Source of the DNA: Candidatus Latescibacterota bacterium
GTDB taxonomy: Bacteria; Latescibacterota; UBA2968; UBA8231
Reading direction: 5' to 3'
DNA: 64,000 nucleotides
Assembly: GCA_965206595.1 (NCBI GenBank)
Contig: OZ242214.1
Coordinates: forward strand, 640,001-704,000
Part shown: positions 1 through 11,500 of the stretch, in pieces
Position numbering within the stretch: position 1 is the first letter of the stretch
Layout: each line of letters starts with the position of its first letter
Position numbers and translations under genes: made by a program
Notes under the pieces: generated by a model
The model's database searches: none
The model's input: the letters and a program-made list of their open reading frames with translations, nothing else
Told to the model about the DNA's origin: nothing

Positions 1-81
1 CGCCAACGCCATGCCGGAGCCAGTGAGGAACAACCGCCGATGGTCGCTCTCGACCGGGGCTCCCCGAAACCCGCGCCGCGG

Positions 82-1266
82 TCACACCCCCAGCTCTTGC
101 TTGGCCTCGGCGAATTTCTCGAGGGCGAAATCGAGGTCCCCGCGGGTGTGGGCGGCCGACATCTGCGTGCGGATGCGCGCCGCCCCGTGGGGGACGACGG
201 GGTAGAAGAAGCCGGTCACGTACACCCCCTTGGCCAGCATCAGCGCCGCCATCTCCTGGGCCAGGCCGGCGTCGCCGAGCATGATCGGAACGATCGCGTG
301 AGATCCCGGGCGGAGCTCGAAACCGAGGCTTTCCAGTCCCTGGCGGAAATGCCGCGTGTTCGTCCGCAGCTGCTGCCGCAGCTCCGGAGAGCGGGCGATG
401 ATTTCCAGGGCCTTCAGGGATGCCGCGACGATGCTCGGCGCCAGGGTGTTCGAGAACAGGTAGGGCCGCGAGCGCTGGCGCAGCAGGGCGACGATCTCCC
501 TGCGGCCGCTGGTGTAGCCGCCGCTGGCCCCGCCGAGGGCCTTGCCGAGGGTGCCGGTGATGACGTCGACGCGGCCTTCCACTCCGCAGTGCTCGTGGGT
601 GCCGCGGCCGTGCTCGCCGACGAACCCGACGGCGTGCGAGTCGTCGATCATCACCAGGGCGTCGTGCTCGTCGGCGAGGTCGCAGATCTCCGGGAGCTTG
701 GCGTAGTACCCGTCCATCGAGAAGACCCCGTCGGTGGCGATCAGCCGGAAGCGGGCCGAGGCCGCCTCACGCAGGCAGCTCTCCAGCTCCCCCATGTCGC
801 TGTTCTTGTAGCGCAGGCGCCGCGCCTTGCACAGGCGGATGCCGTCGATGATGCTGGCGTGGTTGAGCTCGTCGCTGATCACCGCGTCCTCATCGTCCAG
901 CAGGGTTTCGAACAGCCCGCCGTTGGCGTCGAAGCAGGAGGAATACAGGATCGTGTCCTCGGTCCCGAGGAACTCGGAGATCCGCGCTTCGAGGGCCTTG
1001 TGGATCTGCTGCGTACCGCAGATGAAGCGCACCGACGACAGCCCGAACCCCCACTCGTCGTAGCTGCGGCGCGCCGCCTCGATGATCTCGGGGTTGTCGG
1101 CGAGGCCGAGGTAGTTGTTGGCGCACATGTTGAGCACCTCGCCGCCGCCGGCGATGCCGACGCGGGAACCCTGCGGGGTGGTGATGGTGCGCTCCTCCTT
1201 GAACAGGTCGGCGTCCCTGATCTCGGCGATCCGCGCTTCGAGGTGCTCCTTGAGGGATTCGTTCAT
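82..1266 (-). CDS. kbl: Glycine C-acetyltransferase (2-amino-3-ketobutyrate CoA ligase)
   Basis: Motifs [50 protein letters not shown] (PLP lysine) and ARIRTQMSA. Start placed at ATG 1266, downstream of a GGAGG RBS. Confidence 0.95.
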   Translation of the reverse strand: MNESLKEHLEARIAEIRDADLFKEERTITTPQGSRVGIAGGGEVLNMCANNYLGLADNPEIIEAARRSYDEWGFGLSSVRFICGTQQIHKALEARISEFLGTEDTILYSSCFDANGGLFETLLDDEDAVISDELNHASIIDGIRLCKARRLRYKNSDMGELESCLREAASARFRLIATDGVFSMDGYYAKLPEICDLADEHDALVMIDDSHAVGFVGEHGRGTHEHCGVEGRVDVITGTLGKALGGASGGYTSGRREIVALLRQRSRPYLFSNTLAPSIVAASLKALEIIARSPELRQQLRTNTRHFRQGLESLGFELRPGSHAIVPIMLGDAGLAQEMAALMLAKGVYVTGFFYPVVPHGAARIRTQMSAAHTRGDLDFALEKFAEAKQELGV

Positions 1267-1472
1267 CGATTGGCCTCCTGAGGTCATCCTCTGTCTCAAG
1301 ATCCCCCCAATCCCCGGGCCGCGCCAGAGCCCGGCAAATTGCCGGGTGGGGTGCTCGAGTTGCCGATTATCCGTAGTAGCACAGTGGAATAAATGGCGCC
1401 TGTTCAAGTTCTTTACCGCGCAGCGGTACTTCCATCCAGGGCATCACCTTCACCGGGATGCGAAACTGAGGA

Positions 1473-2663
1473 GTGTTCGGATATATGGACGAACGTGCAG
1501 AGAGCGAACGCGGCCGCGTGCGCATCACCGGCCTCAAGGCGATGGAGCTCGAGAACGCGGCGGGGCAGAGCCTGGTGCGCGTCGAGACCGACGCCGGTCT
1601 GACCGGCATCGGCGAGGCGGGAGCGGCAGGACCGGCGGCGCGCGCCAACCTGCAGTGGCTCGAGGGCGTTCTCATCGGCGCCGACCCGCTCAACATCGAC
1701 AAGCTCTATCACCAGATGATGGGCCTTCAGCATACCTACCAGGCGCACGTGCCGACGGTCAGCGGCGTCGACATCGCCCTGTGGGACCTGGCGGGCAAGA
1801 TCCTCGATCTCCCGGTCAGCAACATGCTGACGGGCCGCTTCCGCGACCGCGTCGAGATCTACTACGGCGGAGCGCCGGCCGACTGGAGCGATCGCGCCGC
1901 GGTCGACGACTGGGTCAGCGAGTTCCGCGCCCACCCCCACGGCTACCGCACCCTGAAGTTCGGCTTCGATCAACTGCTCGACAGCGACCGGCTGTCGCGG
2001 CCTTACCAGATAGCTGTACCGGGTCAGACGCTGAATGGCAGCCACCTCAAGCGCATTCGCGACGGCTACGAGACCATGCGCGATGCCTTTGGCTGGGACC
2101 TCGACTTCATCGTCCACTGCCACAACGAGTGGGACGTGCCGGCGGCGATCGGCATTTCGCAGGCGGTGGAAGAGGCGCGGCCGCTCTGGATCGAAGACCC
2201 GCTGCAGGTCTGGTTCTCCGATGGGTACAAACAGCTGAGGGCGGCTTCCCGCGTGCCGATCTGCACCGGCGAGAAGGTCGAGGGATTCCGCGATTTCTTC
2301 CCCTTCATCGTCGAGGGCGGGATCGACGTGCTGCACCCCGACCTCTGCTGGTGCGGCGGCATCAGCGGCGGCCGCAAGATCGCCGAGCTCGCCGAACACT
2401 TCGGCCTGCCCGTGGCCTTGCACAACTGCGGCAGCCTCGTCCACAACATGGCCAACGTGCACTTCGGAGCGATGGTGAGAAACTTCAGCATGAGTGAGAC
2501 GCGGCTGTACAGCCAGGCGTACATCGCGGAAATGGGAGGGCTCGACGGGTATGATTTCGCGGACGGCAAGCTGGCGGTGCCCGAGGGCCCGGGGCTGGGC
2601 ATCGACCTGGTGCCCGAGGTGTTGCGCGCCGAGCTCAAGGAAGGGGAGCCGTTCTGGGATTGA
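1473..2663 (+). CDS. Mandelate racemase/muconate lactonizing enzyme family protein (enolase superfamily, acid-sugar dehydratase-like)
   Basis: Motifs VETDAGLTGIGE, SGVDIALWDLAGK, WIEDP, ICTGEK, GGISGGRKIA, ALHN and PGLGI. The start may instead be ATG 1485. Confidence 0.9.
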   Translation: MFGYMDERAESERGRVRITGLKAMELENAAGQSLVRVETDAGLTGIGEAGAAGPAARANLQWLEGVLIGADPLNIDKLYHQMMGLQHTYQAHVPTVSGVDIALWDLAGKILDLPVSNMLTGRFRDRVEIYYGGAPADWSDRAAVDDWVSEFRAHPHGYRTLKFGFDQLLDSDRLSRPYQIAVPGQTLNGSHLKRIRDGYETMRDAFGWDLDFIVHCHNEWDVPAAIGISQAVEEARPLWIEDPLQVWFSDGYKQLRAASRVPICTGEKVEGFRDFFPFIVEGGIDVLHPDLCWCGGISGGRKIAELAEHFGLPVALHNCGSLVHNMANVHFGAMVRNFSMSETRLYSQAYIAEMGGLDGYDFADGKLAVPEGPGLGIDLVPEVLRAELKEGEPFWD

Positions 2664-2826
2664 CGAGCGTCGTACGAGTGATAGGCGGCTCGGAGAGTTA
2701 CCGCCCTCGGTTTTGTGGTGGGCTCCTTCGAAGAGGGAGCATCCGAGTTTCTCCCCGGAGCAGACAACTGCCCTTCCCTGAAAACCCTCCACCGCTGCAC
2801 CCGGCCGGAGAAGACCCTTGGTTGGT

Positions 2827-5800
2827 TCAATCCGGTCGGCTTACGTCGATTACGCAGACGGCGATTTTGCTCTTTTCTTCGCGGGACAGCTTGGCTTTCA
2901 GCTGCTCTTTCACCTCTTGGGGACTGCTCGGAGTAGTGCCCGAGCGCTGCGGGGGAGTGGGTTTCTCGTCAAACCAAAACACGAGGTAGATACCGTATCC
3001 GCCCGTCGCCGGTTCCCTCGTGTACTTAGCGATCAACTGGTCTCGCAGGCCCTCCCAGAGATGCGAATTTGAGGCTTTCTTGATTTCCACCGGCACCTGA
3101 AACCCCCCGTATGAAACTCGTATGTCGGCTCGCGTGTTGTTGACGTACTGTATCTCGGGTTCGGCATTGGGGAAATACAAACGTAGATCATAAAGCAGCG
3201 CATCTCGACAGGAATTCTCGTGTTTCGGAGTCGTCCGTTTCTGGTTTTCGTCCTCGTTCCAGTACGGACGCCAATAATTGGCATTGTTTGTATTGATTCG
3301 ACTTCCGATCTCCTCGAAACGCCCCACCAAGAGGGCAGCAAGGTCCGCGACATTGGCGGGGGTTCCGTCATTGAGCGTTTGGCAAACCTGTTCAATGCTT
3401 GGGTGACGGTAACCGGCGTCGCGGCGTATAACTCGCTGGCTATCTCGAGCCTGCGATAGCACCTCATGCCAGCGCTCTAGGGTGGGATCAAAACAAAGGC
3501 TGTCCAGCGCCTCCCTCGCGTAACTGGTGGGAGAAGCCGACAGGCGTTGAATCAGGTCGTTGACAAGACGAGATGCCTCCATTGCAGGCTGGACTCCCCA
3601 CCCTTCCTCAAACTGACCCGGTTGGAAGTACCTCCCTACAAGCCTGATTACCAATTCCATGACTTTATCATCCAATTCGGGAATGGAAGGCTGCAAACTG
3701 CCTTGAGAGAAAAAGAATGTAGTCAGGTGACGAATCCTTCCTTCTCGATCCTCCACGAACTCATTAAGTCTCTCATGGAATTCCCTTGGCGAAACGATTG
3801 CGCCGGCCACTAGCCAATGGACTCGCTGAGCAACGTTCATCCTCTTCAAGGACAACTTCCATTCAATTAATTCCTGAAACGCTTTCTTTTCGGAGTGTTG
3901 TACTGCAGCCAAAATTAAACTATTCAGTGCTTGGATCTGGTTAACCTTGCACCGGGTAGGAAAGGCGCGGAGCAACGGCATGACAGCCCGTTTGGCAACT
4001 TGCGCGTGCTCCGGGTCGTGCGCGAGTTCCCTTAGGTTATTTATTTTTCCGCGACCGCAACGGAACTCGGTAACTGCGAATCGCACTTGCATATCGGCGA
4101 CTGTCTCGGGACGAGCTTCTAGAAGCCGTTGATACCAAAAAGCCCGGAAACCCGCGTTTGCTTCACAGAAATAAAAGATGAGCCCTTTGCGAATCCGGTT
4201 GTTGTTCCATCGGGCGCTGTCTCCCCCTACTGTCCTTTGGATTTCCGCTAAGCCCGCCAGGAATGGCAAGCTAAAAAAGTATCTGCGCTCCCTTTTTCGA
4301 AGGTCCAGAATTTCCTCGATTTCCGGAACGTCCTGGCGGTCAACCGTGCCACAGAGGCCCTTTAGGCAAGCGTCGATCAAATCAAGGTCGCCCCGGAGCA
4401 GCTTCGATATTATTTCCGGCCCATCATCACCGGGTAGATCGTAAAAATGCCCAAAATAGGCTCGTGCCAAGTGGTCAAGCAGGGCAGGTTCCACGCGGTT
4501 TTCTCTCAGTGCCGTTTTTTGAGAACGTAAATATTCAATCCATTCTTCTTTCTTTCGCTGGCGCTCCTCTGTGAATGTCCTCTCTTGCTCCAAGTACTTT
4601 TGTTCCAGTGGAGAAATGGACCGAGGAGCAAGCAATCGATCCAGCCTGATTTTCAGCCTCTCGTTCTTCCGTGTGTGATCCTTCAGGATTCCGAGGGACA
4701 AACCCTCGTTACTGCTTTCCTCGGTATGCGCCCTGACTGCCCATTCAAGTAGAGACTCTGCAACTAGCGGTTTGGATTCCACCATAGCAACCGCCTGCTT
4801 CAGGCACCAGAGGCCGAAGTCGGGCGGTTGGGTGGCACCATACCATCGTTTCAGGACCTTAAAGGCGTCCAGTTGGACCTCGTTAGTAACGGGACAACGA
4901 CTCAATCCCTCAAAGACAATGTTTTTTTGAACTATTGGCCGCTGCTTTAGCCACAAGCGTATTTCCTGAATATCCTTCGGGTCTCCGACTGGGAATCCTC
5001 TCAGATTTCCACGGAAACCCACATTCAGCCAGTCATACAAACGATTCGTCGCGAGTTTATCCCCATGCGCTTGGAGACCGCGAGCGAGTAGTTTCACCGG
5101 AAGGTTTTCCAGTCTGCCACCGGCCTCCAGAGCGTGGCGCATGCTGGAAAAGCGCTCGTGCAGACCGTCGAGGAGTTTGGCAATCTGATCATTGGAAGAT
5201 TTTTGTAGTAATCCATGCATAAAAAATCCGTAAAACATGCCAAAGAAAAATTCTCTATTTCTTGTCTCAAAAAAGCAGTCCCATACCTCAGATCCTGTTA
5301 GATCCCGTGGATAAAGTTCGTACAGCAGGATTCCGAGAAGCTCGTTGTCGGAATCGGATACACGCCCGGTGCGAATATCAGCCAGCAGCGATTTCAGCTC
5401 GAGGACTTCATCCTGGGTACCCGGACAGTTGTGGATAAAGGCTTTGAGGGCAGATGTACTGACGCGAGGCCATCGAGTGTCGTCGCGGACAAGTTCGAGC
5501 AGAATTCCAGAAAGGCCTGCTAGGGGCGCTCCTTCTGCCAGAAAACGCAAGACGAAATCGGTGAACAATTGGTGGTCCCGGTCGTGGCCCCCGTCGGCCA
5601 AGACTTCCCTGAGCAGGGGTTCCATTTCTGAGGTAGCCAGCCCGCCAAAGGCCTCTGCAATCCTCCATACGAAATCAAGCCGGTACGCATTTTCAATCAA
5701 AGACACCTTCACCTTCAGGGATGCCAGGAGTGCACCTTTATCTTCGGTTGAAAACTCGTGAATATCGCCGTACAGGCCTACGCCAATGGGATCGCGTTCG

Positions 5801-6900
5801 ATAAGGTCTGGCCGGGCGTCCTGGCAATTGGCCGCGAGCCAAGCGGACAAGCCCCTCATTTCGGTGACCACAGTGCCGTCCTCTCCCGTCATCAGGGAAA
5901 CCACCCGGCGGGGAGGGAGGCCGTCTTGGATAACCCTGGCGAGGTACCGGGCGCCGAGGAATTCAGCGAGGTGGCGGTGAACGGAGGTAAAGCGGTTGCT
6001 GGAGGCGCCCTGGAACAGCTTCGTGGCGATTGCGAAACGGACCACTGAGGGACTGTCGTAGCCGCACTGGTCCAGATCCGGGTACTCCTCGTCCGGCTGG
6101 TCGCGCAACGTGTACCCAGCCCCTCCCGAAATCAGTTGAAGCGCGCAGATATGTCCGGCGGCGTCCAGAAGCTGGTCGAGCGAAGGTGGAGAGCCAGACT
6201 GTTGCGCCGCTTGATGCTCCGCGTTGTGCTCTCGGACCATCTGGCGGCAAGCCATCTCGAAGGTCTCCATTCGGCTCTCCGGCCACCCCCCTCCCCCACC
6301 AACGACCTTGGCCAGCATCTCCAGGGCTTGCGGGTTCGTAAGCAGCCCGTCGATGCCCCGTTCCTGCGCTGCTTCGATGAATTCACCGGTATTGATGCCC
6401 CGGTCCTTTAGGATCCTTTCCACGTCACAGAGGGTCAGTGGATCGAGGCGTAGTACCTTCACCCGGAAATCCGGTGAGACTGATTCCAGATGCTTCCTGT
6501 CATTCTCTCCTAGCCAGTCTGCTTCCCGGCATGACAGCCGAAAGCACGGCCTCTCAAGCGTGTCGAGACGCCCGCGAATCTGGTCAAAGGGTGTGCGCGT
6601 GTCCTTCGCTCCGACGCGGATTTCATCGAGTCCGTCGATAAAAAGAGTCTTGTGGCGCCATTCGGGATGGCCCTGGGGATCGAAGGTCATGAAGTCTCGG
6701 GCAGTAATGAGGTACGCCTTTTCTCCAAGCGACTCGCACTCTACTTCAAACGCAGTCGTCTTACCTGCGCCAGGATCCCCTAGCATCACATAGGCCGGTA
6801 CACCTTGAAACGCTTCTAGAGGCTGGGACTTCTCCTTCTGTTGCTGATCCGCATTTCCTGCTAAAATCTCAGTACAGGTACGGGGAACAATCATGTTCAT
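2827..6900 (-). CDS. NACHT/STAND NTPase with long helical region and C-terminal PD-(D/E)xK-like nuclease domain
   Basis: Walker A LGDPGAGKTT, Walker B LFIDGLDE, LSCR sensor, NP motif and HRHLAEFLGA winged-helix motif. C-terminus reads HE...E...RADI...PVEIK...QL...Y...GIYLVFWF. Confidence 0.85.
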   Translation of the reverse strand: MNMIVPRTCTEILAGNADQQQKEKSQPLEAFQGVPAYVMLGDPGAGKTTAFEVECESLGEKAYLITARDFMTFDPQGHPEWRHKTLFIDGLDEIRVGAKDTRTPFDQIRGRLDTLERPCFRLSCREADWLGENDRKHLESVSPDFRVKVLRLDPLTLCDVERILKDRGINTGEFIEAAQERGIDGLLTNPQALEMLAKVVGGGGGWPESRMETFEMACRQMVREHNAEHQAAQQSGSPPSLDQLLDAAGHICALQLISGGAGYTLRDQPDEEYPDLDQCGYDSPSVVRFAIATKLFQGASSNRFTSVHRHLAEFLGARYLARVIQDGLPPRRVVSLMTGEDGTVVTEMRGLSAWLAANCQDARPDLIERDPIGVGLYGDIHEFSTEDKGALLASLKVKVSLIENAYRLDFVWRIAEAFGGLATSEMEPLLREVLADGGHDRDHQLFTDFVLRFLAEGAPLAGLSGILLELVRDDTRWPRVSTSALKAFIHNCPGTQDEVLELKSLLADIRTGRVSDSDNELLGILLYELYPRDLTGSEVWDCFFETRNREFFFGMFYGFFMHGLLQKSSNDQIAKLLDGLHERFSSMRHALEAGGRLENLPVKLLARGLQAHGDKLATNRLYDWLNVGFRGNLRGFPVGDPKDIQEIRLWLKQRPIVQKNIVFEGLSRCPVTNEVQLDAFKVLKRWYGATQPPDFGLWCLKQAVAMVESKPLVAESLLEWAVRAHTEESSNEGLSLGILKDHTRKNERLKIRLDRLLAPRSISPLEQKYLEQERTFTEERQRKKEEWIEYLRSQKTALRENRVEPALLDHLARAYFGHFYDLPGDDGPEIISKLLRGDLDLIDACLKGLCGTVDRQDVPEIEEILDLRKRERRYFFSLPFLAGLAEIQRTVGGDSARWNNNRIRKGLIFYFCEANAGFRAFWYQRLLEARPETVADMQVRFAVTEFRCGRGKINNLRELAHDPEHAQVAKRAVMPLLRAFPTRCKVNQIQALNSLILAAVQHSEKKAFQELIEWKLSLKRMNVAQRVHWLVAGAIVSPREFHERLNEFVEDREGRIRHLTTFFFSQGSLQPSIPELDDKVMELVIRLVGRYFQPGQFEEGWGVQPAMEASRLVNDLIQRLSASPTSYAREALDSLCFDPTLERWHEVLSQARDSQRVIRRDAGYRHPSIEQVCQTLNDGTPANVADLAALLVGRFEEIGSRINTNNANYWRPYWNEDENQKRTTPKHENSCRDALLYDLRLYFPNAEPEIQYVNNTRADIRVSYGGFQVPVEIKKASNSHLWEGLRDQLIAKYTREPATGGYGIYLVFWFDEKPTPPQRSGTTPSSPQEVKEQLKAKLSREEKSKIAVCVIDVSRPD

Positions 6901-8146
6901 GTTTCCTCGAACCAGTATTGTGCTGGAACCGTGAGAAACTCCTCGAGCAATACTCCTCCTTCCCCTACGAGCAGCGAACGAAAGGGACTGAAGCGCTGCT
7001 TGAACGCGGTCATGCCTCGCGAAGTCCTCTTTCTCATTCCACTCTTCACCTCAATGCCGACAATTCGGGGACCACGTTGGAGAACGAAGTCAACCTCATG
7101 CCGCCCTTGCCGCCAGTAGTGAGCCGAATATCGGTTGTCTTGGTGTTGAACAAGTGCGCTCCGACCGTGCTCTCGACGAGGCTGCCAAAAAACGTGTGGT
7201 CGTTCTGAGCCTCATCGAAGGATCGCCCTGACCCGGCTGTCATCAGGGCCGTGTTGAGCACATTGAGCTTTGGACTAGAATTACTCCGGGAAGCGGGACT
7301 CCCGGCGTATTTCTGCAGACCGGTAAGGAGGCTAGCATTCGAGAGCAGGTCGAGATAGCGCGCCAGGGTGGCAGTGTTCCCGCGATCCTTAAGTTGCCCC
7401 AACATTTTTTCGTAGGACAGGATCTGGCCGGAATAGAAAGTTCCCAATTCGAAGAGTCGTTTAAGCAACGCAGGCTTTTCGACCCGCGTCATGGCGATGA
7501 TGTCCCGTTCTATGTTCGGCTCAACGAGCGAACCGAGTATATAATTGCGCCATCGATCCGACTCCCGAACAAAGGGAGCAGCACCCGGGTATCCCCCAAA
7601 ATAGAGGAATTTTGCTAAATCAAAATTAAAAGCCTCGGTCATCTCCGCAAACGACCAGTGGGTGACGCGAATCGGTTCGAAGCGACCGGCAAGGCTCTCG
7701 TTCAATCCCGACTGAAAGAGCAGCGGGGCCGAGCCTAGGATGACCACGCGCAAGGGACAGTCTCTGGCGCGGTCGGCGTCCCAGAGTCCCTTTACAGTCT
7801 CCGACCACCCGGGAATCTTCTGGATCTCGTCGAACACAACCACCAAACCCCCAGACTTCTCAGCTTCGCCTCGGGCCCTTTCCCAACTTTCCACCAACCA
7901 TTTCAAGTCTCGCTTCTCCTGAGAAATGACGGTGGTCCACATCTCGTCGGGAGGGGCACCCAGCTCGTCGGAAGGGCCGACTTGGTCAACGGGCAAGTTC
8001 CAGGATTTTATATAGACCTGTCCCAGTGCCTGACGCACGATGGTAGTTTTTCCTGCCTGCCTCGGTCCGAATAGTGCTATAAGATGATGGGGCGGCTCGG
8101 CAAGCCGTTGGACAAGTGTTCTGACCTGGGAGCGCTGAAATGCCAT
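6897..8146 (-). pseudogene. AAA_14 ATPase with DUF4143-type C-terminus, frameshifted near 7121
   Basis: Motifs GPRQAGKTT, VFDEIQK, LGSA, ESLAGRF and GGYP. After ...TDIRL the expected tail (HYWRQGRHEVDFVLQRGPRIVGIEVKSG...WFEET*) continues in another frame and stops at 6897, overlapping the NACHT start (ATGA). Confidence 0.85.
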
Positions 8147-8249
8147 ACTTCAGACCTGACTAAGGGATAACCACGCGGGTGGTAGAATGACGCGCGGCAT
8201 TTGCTATTCCTCCTGTGCTAACAGGACGCAATCAGCCGGACCCACAAGC

Positions 8250-8461
8250 TCAGACCATTCCCTGTCCATCTTTGGATTCCGATTGGGATTTCCCCTTCGG
8301 CACTCCATTCTCAAGAAGCATTTCGACTACTTCTATCAGATTTCTGTTCAGTTCGACCAATGTCTCGCCCTGAGAATGGGCGCCTGCAAAACCGGAGACA
8401 TATCCGACATATAGCCCCGTATCCTTGCAATATCCTACGATTGGCGAGGAAGTGCATTCAT
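8250..8461 (-). pseudogene. HicB-family antitoxin remnant
   Basis: The minus strand reads CKDTGLYVGYVSGFAGAHSQGETLVELNRNLIEVVEMLLE, a typical HicB pattern. The ATG at 8461, after GAGAGG, is out of frame with this body. Not listed in the ORF track. Confidence 0.75.
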
Positions 8462-8524
8462 ACCTCTCTTTGGAGGGGGAGAAACGTTCACGGTTGCGGC
8501 GAACAGCCTATTCGACTCCCGAAG

Positions 8525-11500
8525 TTATTCCCCCCCAACTGACACGAAGCTTTCTTCCACTTCAGCATACACGGTATCGAGCTGTTCCTGGATTTCGAGC
8601 GTGATGCCAATGGCCGTAACCATCCGGCAATATGTGCGGATGTCGTTGAGGTCCAAGCGACGTTCCTTGCGGTCCTTCAACCACTTGTCGCAGACTTGGT
8701 AACCTCCGATCCGATGTTCGAATACCTCCGAAGGAATTGGTCCGAAATACTGCGCTTTGCTTATGTACATTCGTTGCTCATCGGCATCATACCGAAAACC
8801 TTGTGCCTTTGCCTTTGCAACTACCGAGTCCCCTTCACCTTCGAAACGGCAAGACGGTGAATCGAGTTCCGGCGACGTCAGCTGATGCAATTCCACCAAT
8901 CGTTTGCCAAAGGCGGCGAGCTTGGCAAACAGCTCCCTGTCGGTTGTAAACGGTACGCGCGGGAAGTCGCTTCGCAGAAACTCCGCGTACTTATCCCGGT
9001 ACCCGGGTGAATGCAACAGAGCGTAGACGTAGTGGAAAATCGCCTCGGGCTCGGGTGTCAAACCATGCACCCCTGCCAGAACTTCCGCCAGTTTCGTGTT
9101 CAGATTCGGCCGTCTATCGCTGGCGGTTATATGGAGATAGAGGGGGAAGTAGTAGTTAATATCGTAGGCCGCAACCGACTTGTGCCCACCAATACACGAG
9201 GTTGCAAAAACCCCGAATTCATTTTTGTGCTGCTTGGGGGTTACCAAGGTCAGATTATCTCCCGCCAGCATGTGCCGCATAATCTCGGGGCGAGGCCTGC
9301 AGATGAATCCCCGTGATCGGCCGGTGTAATAGGTGTAGCGAACGTCAAAAGGCCGATACAGAATTGGAACCACATTTTCCCTGGCGAGCCCGGAATCGAG
9401 TAAATCCTTCTGAGCCAAAGTCACTCCCCAGTCCTGAGCGTCCTTGCCAAGTTGGTAACCCTGCCTGGCAAGTTCGGGGTCCATCATCGAGAAAACACGG
9501 ACGGTATCCCATACCTTCTGTTCTGACCATTGAATAGTCAGGCTGTCTCGTGCAGTGACGATTCCGACGCTGTTGATGGGGAATATCTCGGGAATGGAAG
9601 GAAACCGACGGTACCCCGCTTCCAGTGCGTCGTCGCGGGGAATGAAAAGATAATACGGCGAGACTGGGTTAATTTGCTTCCATTCGGTACTGCGGAAGTC
9701 GTGAATGTCCAGCCAAGCATATTTGGTTTTCCGGGTTCCGAAAAAACCCGCGTGATGAACCCGGGCATCACCTGCCTTCTTTTCACCGTGCTTGACGAAA
9801 AAAGCGATAGCGACGCCCTGCCGAATATCGAAGACGTTTTGGTCGGTACCGCCGGCCGGGGAAATCTCACCCTTTAAGGCGTGGCCGTGCAGGTCGAGTA
9901 CGTGGATATCGTCGAAGGTGCGCATCAGACTCTGGCGCATACCGCGAAAAGTGGGGTTGTCGAGGTAGCTGTGGCTCGTAATCATTCCGACAACCCCCTG
10001 CCCGGCTTGTTCTATTTTCCACTCGGCGAATCGGAGGAACTTGACGTAATCGTTTTGTAGCCATTTCGAGTTTTTTTCATTCAACCGCTTGCCATCCACC
10101 TGTTTGTACTTGTCGATCAATCTGCGTATCCAGTCCCCCATATTGCTTGAATGGCCCGAATAAGGGGGGTTTCCCAGAATGCACAGGATCGGAGTTTGCT
10201 TTTTGACTTCACCGGCAAGGCGGGATTCCTCGGCCAAGGCAGATAGACCGGGAATACGGCTCTCTTCGAGTTCCTCCATATCGAGGGTATTGGTCAGATA
10301 GAACCGGACGCGCTCGTCGTCGGCGAGCCGATGGCCGAGCTCTTCGAGAAAAAAGCTCATTTTCAGATGCCCGACCGCGTAAGGGGCCATCATCAACTCG
10401 AGTGCATGGAAATTCTCGATGATGTGTGTACGGATGAAATCCGCTCTCCCTCCGCTGCCGTACTTGGCCTCGAACTCGGCGACCGCCTCCTGGGCGGCGC
10501 GGGCTACAAAGGTCATGGTTCCCGCCGCGGGGTCCAGCAAGGTCATCCCCTCGGAGGCGAGTCCGTCGCGCTTGCCGAATTCTGTCTTGAGCAGGCTGTG
10601 CAGGGAACGAACGATGTACCCGACCACCGATTCTGGCGTGTAGTAGACTCCTCGGCGCTCGCGCTCGTCAGGGTCGTATTGGGCCAAGAAGGTCTCGTAG
10701 AAATGCACGACCGGGTCACTGCCCTTCCCTTCGCGGTAGTACCGATTCAGAATGCCAGGCGCGTCGGCCACGTCCAAAACCTCCGCGAGATCGTCGACGC
10801 ACCAAGCGAGCGGAGTGGGGAGATCGTCGAGCGAAATGAAGCGGAAAAGGTCGCGGAGGACGCCGACTGTGTGGGGGATATTATCGAATGCAGCACGCCG
10901 GTTGAAGCCGTTGCCTGCCCGGGTTCGGGCGGCGAAAAGCCCGTAGGTAATGGTCTGTGCAAACAGATCCGCGAATCCTTCGCGAGTAAGCGATCCGATG
11001 AGGTAGGTCTGGAATGCTTCAAAGAAGCCGGAGAGCATGCCGGGCGCCCTCCGTTCCTGGTCGAACTGCTCGCCGATCACGTCACGAAGGAGACGGGTGC
11101 GCTTGGCAAGTTCCACGGCAAGGGACTCGGCTGTAAACGTCCGGGGGAGGGCAAAATCCAGGAACTGCTCAAGGAGGGCATAGAGGTCATCCTGATTTTC
11201 GAGCGGCGGCGCGGCCCGAACCTTATTGAGTATCACGGGGCGGCCAGCCATGACCGTTCTGACGCGCTCGCCATTCCGGTACAGGCGAAACTCCAGGAAA
11301 TTGGTGAGGATGAGATTCGGGAAAGTCGAGAGGTAACGCCGGAGTTGTTCGGAGTTCTCGATTACGTCCAGCCGTTCCTCGGTCGGTCTCTTGGCCTCGA
11401 TATAGCCGACGATACGGTCCGTACCGTTCCAAAGGCGGAAATCCGGATTGCCTCCTTCGGTTGCCCTTGGCAGCGTGGTGACCTGCACATCCGTTCTTCC

